Source: an uncultured Lachnospiraceae bacterium
Lineage (GTDB): Bacteria; Bacillota; Clostridia; Lachnospirales; Lachnospiraceae
Reading direction: 5' to 3'
DNA length: 46,490 nucleotides
NCBI GenBank assembly: GCA_902767075.1
Contig: CACXGM010000099.1
Span: forward strand, 1 to 46,490
Made by a program: the position numbers and the translations under genes
Shown here: piece by piece, positions 8,074 to 17,126 of the stretch
Layout of the letters: each line of letters opens with the position of its first letter
Numbering within the stretch: position 1 is the stretch's first letter
The notes under the pieces: generated by a model
Databases searched by the model: none
What the model saw: the letters and a program-made list of their open reading frames with translations, nothing else
What the model was told of the DNA's origin: nothing

Positions 8074-8750
8074 GAATGCTTTTAAAAGCAGATAAGATAA
8101 AAAAGAATTACACAAGAAAAGGGAATAGCGGCGATGAGCTGGATGTGTTAAAGGAGACGAGCTTTGAGGTTGATGAGGGAAGCTTTACCGCCATAGTGGG
8201 CCGCTCCGGGGGAGGTAAGAGCACTTTTATGTCCATACTTTCGGGCCTCCTTAAACCGGATTCGGGCAAGGTTTTTTATAAGGATCTGGACATATACTCC
8301 CTTAATGATGTGAAATTAAGCAAACTGCGAAACGAAGATTTCGGCATCGTACCGCAGGATCATCTGATACTTAAGAGCCTGACTGTGGTTGAAAATATTC
8401 TGATCGCAAGAGAAATGTACGGCGGAGAAAACGGTGAGGACGAGGCGGAAGAGCTGCTGACAAAGGTGGGACTCCTTGGGTATGGCGACTATAAAGCGGA
8501 GGAATTGTCGGGAGGAGAGCAGCGCAGGCTGGCAATTGCAAGAGCGCTTATAAACCATCCGAAGATCATATTTGCGGATGAACCCTCGGGAGATCTGGAC
8601 GATCGCAATACCAAGATCATAATGGAACTCTTTAAGGAACTGGCATCAAAAGGTACCGCCGTGATCATCGTCACTCACGACCGTGACGTGCTGGAATACG
8701 CTGACAGCGTGTACAGAATGGATTATGGAGTGCTGACAAAGCAGGAATAA
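8070..8750 (+). CDS. ABC ATPase, LolD/MacB type
   Basis: GRSGGGKST, LSGGEQRR, FADEPSGDLD, VTHD. Confidence 0.9.
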   Translation: MRMLLKADKIKKNYTRKGNSGDELDVLKETSFEVDEGSFTAIVGRSGGGKSTFMSILSGLLKPDSGKVFYKDLDIYSLNDVKLSKLRNEDFGIVPQDHLILKSLTVVENILIAREMYGGENGEDEAEELLTKVGLLGYGDYKAEELSGGEQRRLAIARALINHPKIIFADEPSGDLDDRNTKIIMELFKELASKGTAVIIVTHDRDVLEYADSVYRMDYGVLTKQE

Positions 8751-8768
8751 AAAGAGAAAATCGACAGT

Positions 8769-8809
8769 GGGCCGGTAATAGTTAAAACCTATTACCGGCT
8801 CTTTTTTTT
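8769..8809 (+). terminator. Rho-independent terminator whose centre is also an ATAG-N7-CTAT box
   Basis: GCCGGTAATAG-TTAAAAC-CTATTACCGGC stem followed by T8. Confidence 0.8.
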
Positions 8810-8844
8810 ACGTATTTCCCTAAGTAATAGCTAATAACTATAAT
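8778..8844 (+). promoter_or_regulatory. Putative metY operon promoter with LysR-type boxes
   Basis: ATAG-N7-CTAT at 8778-8792 and 8827-8841; TATAAT at 8839-8844; no good -35. Confidence 0.5.
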
Positions 8845-8909
8845 ATTCTCAACAGTTATAAATGAAAGGGACAGCAACGGACCGGAAGATTGCTGAGAAG
8901 GAGCCTGAC

Positions 8910-10142
8910 ATGAATTTTAATACAGCACTTCTCCATGAAGGAGTAGATAAAAAAGAAAAATACGGATCCACATTGACACCTATCTATCAGACCAGTGCAT
9001 TCTTCCAGCAGAGTGCGGAGGATCTGGCAGGGATCTTTGGAAACAAGCTGCCGGGATATTGCTACACCAGAGTGGCGAATCCCACCATCGGAGTGTTTGA
9101 GACCAGGATCACAAAACTGGAAGGCGGCATCGGCAGTGTGGCCACCGCTTCCGGTATGGCAGCGATCTTCAATGCTCTCACAAATATACTTCAGAGCGGA
9201 GATGAGATCGTATCAAGCTCCAGCCTCTACGGCGGAACCATAGATCTTTTCAGGGACCTGGAGGCATTCGGGATCAAAACAAACTATGTCTGTAATAACA
9301 ATTTTGAGCAGATTGAAAATGCTATCACGGATAAAACAAAGCTTGTTTTTGCCGAGACCATCGGAAATCCCTGCCTGGATGTGACGGATGTGGATAGGCT
9401 GGCAGAGATCGCTCATAAACATGGAGTGCCTCTCATCATAGACAATACCGTGGCAACGGCATACCTGATCAAGGTGCTGGATCATGGCGCTGATATAGTC
9501 ATTAATTCAACCTCCAAATATATAAACGGAAGCAGTAATGCCATAGGAGGCATTCTCACCGACAGAGGTAAATTCAAGTGGACAGCGGAGAGGTATCCTG
9601 TCCTGGCGGACTATTTAAAACTTGGACCCTATGCATACCTTGCAAAGCTTCGCGCAGGACTCTACAGAAATGCCGGAGCCTGTATGGCACCGCAGACAGC
9701 ATACCTGAACCAGATAGGACTGGAGACCCTGGGATTGCGTATGGAGCGCCAATGTACCAACGCCTTGCTGCTGGCAAGGCATCTTGAGGAGAAATATCCA
9801 TCGGTTATTGTCAATTATCCGGGACTTGAGTCCAGCAAATGGCATGACGTCGGAGAGAGGATCCTGAAGGGCGGGTACGGAGCCATCGTAACCATACGAG
9901 TGGGAACGAAGGAGAAGGCGTTTAAACTTCTGGATAGTTTGCAGCTGGTATACAGACTGTCCAATATCGGAGATACGAAAACATTGGTACTTCACCCCGC
10001 TTCAACCATCAGCCTGCACTCAACTCAGCAGCAAAAAGAAGACGCAGGAGTGTTTGACGATCTGATCAGGATCAGCGTGGGGATTGAAGATATTGAGGAT
10101 TTGAAGGAAGATTTTGACAAGGCATTTGCTGAGCTAGACTGA
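8910..10142 (+). CDS. metY: O-acetylhomoserine sulfhydrylase (Cys/Met metabolism PLP enzyme)
   Basis: PIYQTSAF, YTRVANPT, ASGMAA, LYGGT, ETIGNP, STSKYING (PLP Lys), NIGDTKTLV.HPAST, IRISVGIED. AAGGAG RBS before ATG 8910. Confidence 0.88.
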   Translation: MNFNTALLHEGVDKKEKYGSTLTPIYQTSAFFQQSAEDLAGIFGNKLPGYCYTRVANPTIGVFETRITKLEGGIGSVATASGMAAIFNALTNILQSGDEIVSSSSLYGGTIDLFRDLEAFGIKTNYVCNNNFEQIENAITDKTKLVFAETIGNPCLDVTDVDRLAEIAHKHGVPLIIDNTVATAYLIKVLDHGADIVINSTSKYINGSSNAIGGILTDRGKFKWTAERYPVLADYLKLGPYAYLAKLRAGLYRNAGACMAPQTAYLNQIGLETLGLRMERQCTNALLLARHLEEKYPSVIVNYPGLESSKWHDVGERILKGGYGAIVTIRVGTKEKAFKLLDSLQLVYRLSNIGDTKTLVLHPASTISLHSTQQQKEDAGVFDDLIRISVGIEDIEDLKEDFDKAFAELD

Positions 10143-10218
10143 GCAGTGTCAGTCACATATAGGGGTCTGATACGAAAAATGCTTGACACGGATCACGTGG
10201 CCCGGAAGGAGAATGAAA

Positions 10219-11088
10219 ATGGCGGAAACAATCGATTACTCATCACTTAAAAAAGGCGGCTTCATGAGACAGAAGCAGAAAGGTTTCTTTTCATTAAGGC
10301 TCGGTGTGGTGGGAGGAAATCTTACTGCAGAGAATATAAAGACCATCGCAGAGGTGGCGGAAAAATACGGACACGGATATGTGCATATGACTTCCCGCCA
10401 GGGTGTGGAGATACCCTTTATAAACTTTAATGATATCGAGGAAGTCAGAGGCGAGCTGGCAAAGGGAGGCGTTCGTCCCGGTGTCTGCGGCCCCAGAGTC
10501 AGAACCGTTACGGCTTGTCAGGGCTCTGCACTCTGTCCCAGCGGATGTATCGATTCCTATGAATTGGCAAAGGAATTTGATGAAAGATATTTCGGAAGAG
10601 AGCTTCCGCACAAATTCAAGTTCGGTGTCACGGGATGTATGAACAACTGCTTAAAGGCAGAGGAAAACGACCTGGGTGTAAAGGGCGGTTATGTGATAGA
10701 GTATAAGCCCGATGCCTGTATTTCCTGCGGTGTCTGCATCAAGGCGTGCCGTGAAGGAGCACTGAGTCTGGTGGATGGTAAGGTAGTCATGGACGAGTCA
10801 AAGTGTAACCACTGCGGACGTTGTGTAAAGGCCTGCCCCGCGGATTCGTGGGATTATGAGCCCGGATATATCGTATCCTTTGGCGGCCTCTTCGGAAACA
10901 AGATCTACAAGGGCGAAGAGATCGTGCCCATCATCAAGGATAAAGAGACTCTCTTCAGAGTGGCGGATGCAGCCATAGATTTCTTTGATAAAAACGCTAA
11001 GCCCGGGGAGAGATTCCGACTGACTCTCCAGAGAGTAGGGGAGGAAGAGTTCAGAAAACAGATCAGAGCCGCATATGAAGGAAAGTAA
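10219..11088 (+). CDS. Siroheme-type sulfite/nitrite reductase with ferredoxin insert
   Basis: TSRQG, CQGSALC, LPHKFK.GVTGCMNNC and two CxxCxxCxxxC motifs. AAGGAG RBS lies 7 nt before ATG 10219. Confidence 0.85.
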   Translation: MAETIDYSSLKKGGFMRQKQKGFFSLRLGVVGGNLTAENIKTIAEVAEKYGHGYVHMTSRQGVEIPFINFNDIEEVRGELAKGGVRPGVCGPRVRTVTACQGSALCPSGCIDSYELAKEFDERYFGRELPHKFKFGVTGCMNNCLKAEENDLGVKGGYVIEYKPDACISCGVCIKACREGALSLVDGKVVMDESKCNHCGRCVKACPADSWDYEPGYIVSFGGLFGNKIYKGEEIVPIIKDKETLFRVADAAIDFFDKNAKPGERFRLTLQRVGEEEFRKQIRAAYEGK

Positions 11089-11128
11089 GCTTTCACAATA
11101 ATAATGACTTAAGACAGGAGAATGAAAA

Positions 11129-11374
11129 ATGGCAGACATACAATACGACGAAGAAGTGGACATCACCGATAAGGTTTGCCCCCTCACATTTGTAAAAGCA
11201 AAGGTAGCAATAGACGAACTGGATGAAGGACAGATTATTGCCATCAGAATGAACGACGGTGAGCCCGTCCAGAACGTACCCAGATCCATCAAGGACGAGG
11301 GACATCAGATTTTGAAACTTGCCGACAACGAAGACGGAACATACACATTGTTTGTAAAGAAAGTCGGAGATTAA
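11129..11374 (+). CDS. TusA/SirA-family sulfurtransferase
   Basis: 81 aa with DITDKVCPLTFVKAK motif. Confidence 0.85.
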   Translation: MADIQYDEEVDITDKVCPLTFVKAKVAIDELDEGQIIAIRMNDGEPVQNVPRSIKDEGHQILKLADNEDGTYTLFVKKVGD

Positions 11375-11426
11375 AACATATTTGAAAAATAGATGACAAA
11401 TAAACATCCACGGAGGAACACAAAAA

Positions 11427-11633
11427 ATGATCATCACAGTAGCTGGAGAAAAAAAGGAATATAAGGACGGACTCACACTCCCGGAGCTTATCGAAGCAGA
11501 AAACGTAGAGATGCCGGAGTATGTGACCGTATCCATAAATGAGGAATTCGTTGAGTCAGAAAAGAAAGCAACCACCGTATTAAAGGATGGCGATAACGTA
11601 GAATTTCTCTATTTCATGGGAGGTGGACAGTAA
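11427..11633 (+). CDS. ThiS-family sulfur carrier protein (HcyS-like) with blocked C-terminus GG-Q
   Basis: 68-aa beta-grasp ending LKDGDNVEFLYFMGGGQ. Confidence 0.88.
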   Translation: MIITVAGEKKEYKDGLTLPELIEAENVEMPEYVTVSINEEFVESEKKATTVLKDGDNVEFLYFMGGGQ

Positions 11634-12451
11634 TGGCACTTACTGACGAACAGCTTGAGAGGTATTCAAGACATATCATATTAAAGGAAGTGGGTGCGAA
11701 AGGGCAGAAAAAACTCCTTAACGCAAAAGTGCTCATCATCGGAGCAGGCGGACTGGGTGCTCCCGCAGCAATGTATCTTGCGGCAGCAGGTGTAGGCACC
11801 ATAGGGATCGTGGATGCAGACGCTGTTGACCTTTCAAATCTGCAGCGCCAGATCATTCACGGAACAGCGGATGTGGGAAAGGCAAAGGTTCAGTCTGCGA
11901 AAGAGACAATGAACGCCATGAACCCCGATGTTGTGGTAAACACCTACAGAGAATTTGTTGACTCATCAAACATTCAGGAGCTTATCCGCGATTATGATTT
12001 CATCATCGACGGTACTGACAATTTCCCTGCGAAATTCCTGATAAACGATGCCTGCGTTATCGAAAAGAAGCCCTTTTCCCACGCCGGTATCATCCGCTTC
12101 AAGGGTCAGCTTATGACATACGTACCCGGACAGGGACCTTGCTACCGCTGTGTATTCAAGAATCCCCCGCCAAAGGATGCGGTACCTACCTGCAAGCAGG
12201 CAGGAGTCATCGGAGCAATGGGCGGTGTGATCGGAAGTCTGCAGGCGATGGAAGCTGTTAAATATATCATCGGTGTAGGCGATCTTCTCACGGGATATCT
12301 TCTAACCTATGATGCACTCACCATGGAGTTTCATAAGATCAAGCTTCCCGCAGATACTCATAATTGCGCGGTATGCGGTGATCATCCCACCATCTTAAAG
12401 CCCATCGATTATGAGCAGGCTGCCTGCGATTTCAAGCCCGGATCACATTAA
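11633..12451 (+). CDS. ThiF/MoeB-family adenylyltransferase (HcyF-like)
   Basis: RYSRHI, IGAGGLG, DLSNLQRQ, DGTDNF, CYRC, PTC..AGV, CAVC; no rhodanese domain. Confidence 0.9.
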   Translation: MALTDEQLERYSRHIILKEVGAKGQKKLLNAKVLIIGAGGLGAPAAMYLAAAGVGTIGIVDADAVDLSNLQRQIIHGTADVGKAKVQSAKETMNAMNPDVVVNTYREFVDSSNIQELIRDYDFIIDGTDNFPAKFLINDACVIEKKPFSHAGIIRFKGQLMTYVPGQGPCYRCVFKNPPPKDAVPTCKQAGVIGAMGGVIGSLQAMEAVKYIIGVGDLLTGYLLTYDALTMEFHKIKLPADTHNCAVCGDHPTILKPIDYEQAACDFKPGSH

Positions 12452-12461
12452 CCTTAATAAT

Positions 12462-12507
12462 GCCTTTCCCCCCGGGGGAAGGTGTCCGGAAACTGAAGGA
12501 TGAGGGG
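12462..12507. repeat. REP-like extragenic palindromic element
   Basis: GCCTTTCCCC-CCG-GGGGAAGGTG hairpin followed by ..GGATGAGGGG; resembles a dispersed repeat type I recall from clostridial genomes. Confidence 0.5.
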
Positions 12508-12520
12508 AGAAAGGATAAAA

Positions 12521-12949
12521 ATGATTGTAAGACTTGATTATCACCTGTATGATGATATAGTTAAATACGCCAAAGAACATCTTCCGGAGGAAGCCTGCGG
12601 CCTCATAGCCGGAGAGGAGACGGAGGATGGAAGGATAGTAAAAAAGGTATACTATCTCACCAATACAGATCATGCCGAGGATCACTTCACGCTTGATCCA
12701 AAGGAGCAATTGTCCGCCATCAAGGATATGCGGGAAAATGGATTAAAGCCATTGGGAAACTGGCATTCACACCCGGAGTCTCCCTCCAGACCCTCAGAGG
12801 AGGATATCAAACTATCCTATGACAAAAATGCCAGCTATTTCATTCTGTCTCTTATGGCAGAAAACCCTGTACTGAATTCATTTCACGTAGAGGACAAAAT
12901 AGTAAAGAAAGAAGATTTAAGGATTTATTCAGATGAGTATTATTTTTAA
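12521..12949 (+). CDS. JAMM/Mov34 (M67) metallopeptidase, HcyD/Mec-like
   Basis: PEEACG...WHSHPESPSRPSEED JAMM motif. AAGGA RBS before ATG 12521. Confidence 0.9.
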   Translation: MIVRLDYHLYDDIVKYAKEHLPEEACGLIAGEETEDGRIVKKVYYLTNTDHAEDHFTLDPKEQLSAIKDMRENGLKPLGNWHSHPESPSRPSEEDIKLSYDKNASYFILSLMAENPVLNSFHVEDKIVKKEDLRIYSDEYYF

Positions 12950-13988
12950 AAGATTTATATTATCACTCGCGGTTACTGCAGCATTAACACTTGTTGGATG
13001 TGCAGGCGGTAAGACCGCTGACACACAGGATACAAAAGAAGAGGCAGTAACAGAAGCTGTTAATGAGACTGATACTCCGACCGCTGAAACAGTTGAAGCA
13101 AGCGAAGAGACACTCATCTCGGAGACAGATGTAACAAACGAAGAAAGAAATAACGAAGTGGCATTTACGGATGCGCTTGGAAGGGAGATAACCGTTGGTT
13201 CTCCTGAGCGTGTGGTCACACTTCTCGGAAGTTTCTGCGATATGTGGAAGCTGGCCGGAGGAGATGTGGTCGGAACCGCCAAAGATTCCTGGACAGCGTT
13301 CGATCTGGATCTGTCTGAAGATGTAATAAATGTGGGAAGCTTTTTGGAGCCGGATCTGGAGCAGATCATCACAGCTTCGCCGGATCTTGTGATAGCAAGT
13401 GCGGGTGCCGATGCGCAGGTTGAACTGCTGGATACATTTGAAGGTGCCGGAATTAATGTTGCTTACTTCGAGGTGTCAAATTTTGATGAATACCTGAGCA
13501 CACTTGACGTGTTTACACAGATAACCGGACGAAGCGATCTCTATGAAAAATACGGTACAAGTATTGCTCAGGAAATAGAGGAGCAAAAGAGCAGAGTCGA
13601 TGATTCGCATCCCACAGTTCTCTTTATCAGAGCTGCAGCAAGCTCGGTCAAGGCAAAGGGAAGTGAGGGGACCGTCGGCGGTGAGATACTGGCAGACCTT
13701 GGATGCATTAATATAGCCGACTCCGATGATTCACTTTTAGAGGATCTCAGTCTGGAAGCGATCGTGGCCGCAGACCCGGATTATATCTTTGTCACCACTC
13801 AGGGTGAAGATACTGAGGCAGCCCTTGCCAACGTACAGGAACTGTTAAAGGACAACCCCGCCTGGTCATCTCTCAGCGCTGTAGAAAACGGTAACTATTA
13901 TGAGATAGAAAAGGCACTCTACAATTCAAAGCCAAACGCAAGATGGGGTGAGGCATACAAAAAGCTTGCAGATATTTTATACGATTGA
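12933..13988 (+). CDS. Fe-chelate/cobalamin/tetrapyrrole ABC substrate-binding lipoprotein
   Basis: Lipobox LVGC, acidic linker, FTDALGREITV..PERVV, PDLEQII...PDLVI, LSAVENG. Confidence 0.85.
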   Translation: MSIIFKRFILSLAVTAALTLVGCAGGKTADTQDTKEEAVTEAVNETDTPTAETVEASEETLISETDVTNEERNNEVAFTDALGREITVGSPERVVTLLGSFCDMWKLAGGDVVGTAKDSWTAFDLDLSEDVINVGSFLEPDLEQIITASPDLVIASAGADAQVELLDTFEGAGINVAYFEVSNFDEYLSTLDVFTQITGRSDLYEKYGTSIAQEIEEQKSRVDDSHPTVLFIRAAASSVKAKGSEGTVGGEILADLGCINIADSDDSLLEDLSLEAIVAADPDYIFVTTQGEDTEAALANVQELLKDNPAWSSLSAVENGNYYEIEKALYNSKPNARWGEAYKKLADILYD

Positions 13989-14024
13989 CGATCAAAATAA
14001 CCGTTGGTTAGCGAGGACTTTGAA

Positions 14025-14657
14025 ATGGCATATTTCCCCTTTTTCTTTGAACTCAGGGACAGAAAGATCCTGATCGTTGGCGGCGGAAAGGTCGCCCTTG
14101 AAAAGATAGAACGGCTCCTGGAATATGAGCCGCTGATCAAGGTGATATCTGTAGATGTTCTGCCTCAGATAGAGGATATTAAGAGTATAAAAATCGAAAA
14201 AAGAAAGTTTGCGCCGGAAGATATTTTCGGCGCAGATTTTGTAATAGCCGCCACGGATGATGAGGAACTGAACAGGTCTGTGAGAAATCTTTGCAGCGAA
14301 AAGAGGATCCCCATAAATGTGGTGGATGATAAGGAAAAATGTGATTTCATTTTCCCCTCCGTCATAAGGCGAGGCGATCTGGTGGTGGGAGTGACCAGCT
14401 CCGGAGCAAGCCCTCAGGTGGCGGTATCATTAAGAAGGAAATTTGAAAAACAGATCCCGGAAAATATAGAGGAGATCCTTGATCATCTGCAGGGAATACG
14501 TCCGGAGATAAAGGAAAGAGTTAAGGACCCCGGCGCAAGGCACCGTATTTTTAAATCGGCTGCGGATGAGGCTATGGCAAAGGGGCGGCCCCTTACTTCC
14601 GAGGAATTGGACAGATTGGTCGAAGATGTTTTGGCAAGTATGCAGCCGGGTTATTAA
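14025..14657 (+). CDS. Precorrin-2 dehydrogenase/sirohydrochlorin ferrochelatase (SirC/Met8/CysG N-terminal type)
   Basis: YFPFF, IVGGGKVA, VIAATDD.ELN, NVVDDKEKCDFIFPS, SSGASP. Confidence 0.88.
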   Translation: MAYFPFFFELRDRKILIVGGGKVALEKIERLLEYEPLIKVISVDVLPQIEDIKSIKIEKRKFAPEDIFGADFVIAATDDEELNRSVRNLCSEKRIPINVVDDKEKCDFIFPSVIRRGDLVVGVTSSGASPQVAVSLRRKFEKQIPENIEEILDHLQGIRPEIKERVKDPGARHRIFKSAADEAMAKGRPLTSEELDRLVEDVLASMQPGY

Positions 14658-14695
14658 AGATATGATGTGTTGGATAGAGGAGCTGCGGATTATAC

Positions 14696-15712
14696 ATGAA
14701 CGGGCAGAAAGGCATTAAGAATAAAAAAATAATACTTATATTTGCCCTGGTGGTGATCCTGGGACTCAGTTTTATCCTGGCTATGGCCTTTGGGAGCGTG
14801 TCCATATCTCCTATAGAGGTGATAAAGGCTCTGTTTTCGGGAGGAGAAGGATCAACTGAAGCCACCATAATCAGAAGCATCCGCTTGCCGAGGATACTGG
14901 CGGGAATACTGGGCGGAGTGGGACTGTCTACTGCGGGGGTGATCCTGCAGGGCGTAATGAACAATGCGCTGGCCAGTCCAAATACTATCGGTGTGGGTTC
15001 CGGTGCAGGATTCTTTGTAATGCTTGCAATGGTGCTGTTTCCGAGGAACGTTTCGGTTCAGCCTCTTTTTGCGTTTATCGGTGCGCTGATAGCCACTCTT
15101 GCTATCTTTGCTCTTGCGTATTTTGCGGACACTTCCAGGATCACCATCATACTGGCGGGTATCACGGTTTCCAGCTTTCTCACGGCGGGGATCAATCTTT
15201 TGAAGACGCTGGATACGGATATCGCCGTTAATATCAATTCATTTCTGGTGGGTTCTCTGTCCGGGGTAAGCTTTTCCGATATCAGGATACCCGCTGTCGG
15301 GATAGGTGCTGCCTTTGTCTTTGCCGTTATAATGGCGAGACCGTTAAACATGCTGGAACTGGGGGATGAAGTGGCGGGGTCTCTCGGAATGAGAGTGGGC
15401 CTCACCAGATTTTTGCTTTTGGTCATATCCAGCGTTCTGGCGGGATGTGTGGTGAGCTATGCGGGGCTTCTTAGCTTTGCGGGACTGATCGTCCCCCATA
15501 TCTGCAGGAAGCTATTCGGAAGCGATGCCAGGATCCTGATTCCCTGCAGCGCACTTCTGGGTGGAAGTTTTGTGCTTTTGTGCGATCTCATCGGAAGGGT
15601 GGCGGCTTCGCCCTACGAACTTCCCACAGGTATCATCATGTCCTTTATAGGCGGACCTTTCTTTATGTACCTGATAATCAGAAAGAAAGGGGGACGAAGA
15701 CTGAATGCTTGA
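14696..15712 (+). CDS. FecCD/BtuC-family ABC permease
   Basis: IRLPR, N.LASP.TIGV.SGA, LGDEVA.SLG, F.GLIVPH, ELPTG. Confidence 0.9.
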   Translation: MNGQKGIKNKKIILIFALVVILGLSFILAMAFGSVSISPIEVIKALFSGGEGSTEATIIRSIRLPRILAGILGGVGLSTAGVILQGVMNNALASPNTIGVGSGAGFFVMLAMVLFPRNVSVQPLFAFIGALIATLAIFALAYFADTSRITIILAGITVSSFLTAGINLLKTLDTDIAVNINSFLVGSLSGVSFSDIRIPAVGIGAAFVFAVIMARPLNMLELGDEVAGSLGMRVGLTRFLLLVISSVLAGCVVSYAGLLSFAGLIVPHICRKLFGSDARILIPCSALLGGSFVLLCDLIGRVAASPYELPTGIIMSFIGGPFFMYLIIRKKGGRRLNA

Positions 15713-16463
15713 GTACAGAAACGTGTCGCTTTCAAGTGGCGGTGTGAGAATACTTTATGACATAAATGTCGCCTTTAAAACCGGGAAGCTGACAACCATC
15801 ATCGGCCCCAACGGCTGCGGAAAAACTACTTTGATCCAGGCACTGAACGGACAGAGCAGGCTTTGTGGCGGGGAGATTATACTGGATAATGAGGATTTTT
15901 CTTCACTTAAGCCAAAACAAAGAGCAAGAAAGGTTTCATTTCTTCCCCAGGTTCATATGACCATCCCCGCGATCTCAACGCACACGCTGGTTTCCCACGG
16001 GCGCTTTCCATACCTTGGCTTTGCCAGAAAAATGGGAGAAGAGGATAAGCGTATTATCCGTGAAGCGATGAAAACCGCGGACATACTCGAATATGAAAAG
16101 GAAGGGGTGGACACATTGTCCGGCGGTGTGAGACAGAGGGCTTTTATCGCGATGCAGCTGGCCCAAAGCTGTGAGTATATCGTGGCGGATGAACCCACCA
16201 CCTACCTGGATGTAAAGAGCAGAAAGCAGGTTCTGGACATTTATTCAAAGCTTCGTAATGAAGGGAGGACTGTGGTGCTGGTGCTCCATGATATTGCGAA
16301 GGCACTTGAGATATCGGACGAACTCATCATTATGAAGAACAGAAAAATACTTTTTTCAGGGACTCCGGCGGAGGCTATTAAAGCCGGGATCGTGGAGGAA
16401 GTGTTTGAGACTGAGGTGAAAACTTTTACAGAAGATAATAGGATCTATTATGTGACGGATTGA
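15705..16463 (+). CDS. FecE/BtuD-family ABC ATPase
   Basis: GPNGCGKTT, GRFPY, LSGGVRQR, ADEPTTYLD, VLHD. Confidence 0.9.
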   Translation: MLEYRNVSLSSGGVRILYDINVAFKTGKLTTIIGPNGCGKTTLIQALNGQSRLCGGEIILDNEDFSSLKPKQRARKVSFLPQVHMTIPAISTHTLVSHGRFPYLGFARKMGEEDKRIIREAMKTADILEYEKEGVDTLSGGVRQRAFIAMQLAQSCEYIVADEPTTYLDVKSRKQVLDIYSKLRNEGRTVVLVLHDIAKALEISDELIIMKNRKILFSGTPAEAIKAGIVEEVFETEVKTFTEDNRIYYVTD

Positions 16464-16507
16464 CTTCAAATAAGCATCTTTCGTGGGAAGACGTAAACAT
16501 ATATTAC

Positions 16508-16993
16508 TTAAAGCTTCTCCATGATCCGCTTCATTCTTTCGTCTGCAATGTGCCAGACGGGGGTAAGAGGCCACGGAAGTCCCAGGATATAATCCCTGTC
16601 GCGCTCGTTTAGGGCCGATAGGGATTTATCAAATTCGGTTTTATTTTGGTATATCCGTTTTCCGAAATCGCATTTGATGTATTCTTCGGCAATTGTCGGA
16701 TTCTGAGTCACCACACGCTTAAAGCTGGTTTTTCCAAACTCTCCCTGAACCTTGATGTAATCTATTTTTTCTGTGATCTCGCCCTTGGCAGGCTCCTGTG
16801 TCAGGATGATCCCCTTATCCAGAAAGTGATTCCAGACGGTTTCCGCAACTTTTGACATCGGTGTCGGAAAATCCAGGCGCGCATGGATCTCCTTCACGGT
16901 GAAGCCATTATCTGCCAGATGTCTGATGGCTCCGCCGCTGGCGAAATCGTTTGTGAAATTGGCCAGGGCTTTTTTGAAGTATTCGTCACTCAT
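16508..16993 (-). CDS. Hypothetical protein (161 aa)
   Basis: Fills the gap between a convergent and a divergent neighbour; protein-like composition; AGGAGG upstream on the minus strand. Confidence 0.7.
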   Translation of the reverse strand: MSDEYFKKALANFTNDFASGGAIRHLADNGFTVKEIHARLDFPTPMSKVAETVWNHFLDKGIILTQEPAKGEITEKIDYIKVQGEFGKTSFKRVVTQNPTIAEEYIKCDFGKRIYQNKTEFDKSLSALNERDRDYILGLPWPLTPVWHIADERMKRIMEKL

Positions 16994-17126
16994 AATCAGA
17001 AAATAGCATTATTGACCTCCTGTTGTCAAAAGATATGGTCAAAGTCGAAATCAGTTTTTCATTTTGGGGAGAAAGTGGTATAATCACCCTGTTGGTTTTA
17101 CGAATAAAAGAAAGGTATTTTTTTAA

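Noticed and set aside
8751-8909. SAM (S-box) riboswitch or T-box upstream of metY
   Set aside because: No S-box or T-box consensus is visible; the hairpin is explained as the upstream terminator.
10207-11133. Repeated AGGAGAATGAAAA(A)TGGC before two genes
   Set aside because: Just similar RBS-start regions; too short to imply more.
11427-12451. Thiamine or molybdopterin biosynthesis assignment for the ThiS/ThiF pair
   Set aside because: No thiG/thiH/moaE nearby; the blocked GG-Q end, JAMM protease, MetY and sulfite reductase point to the homocysteine route.
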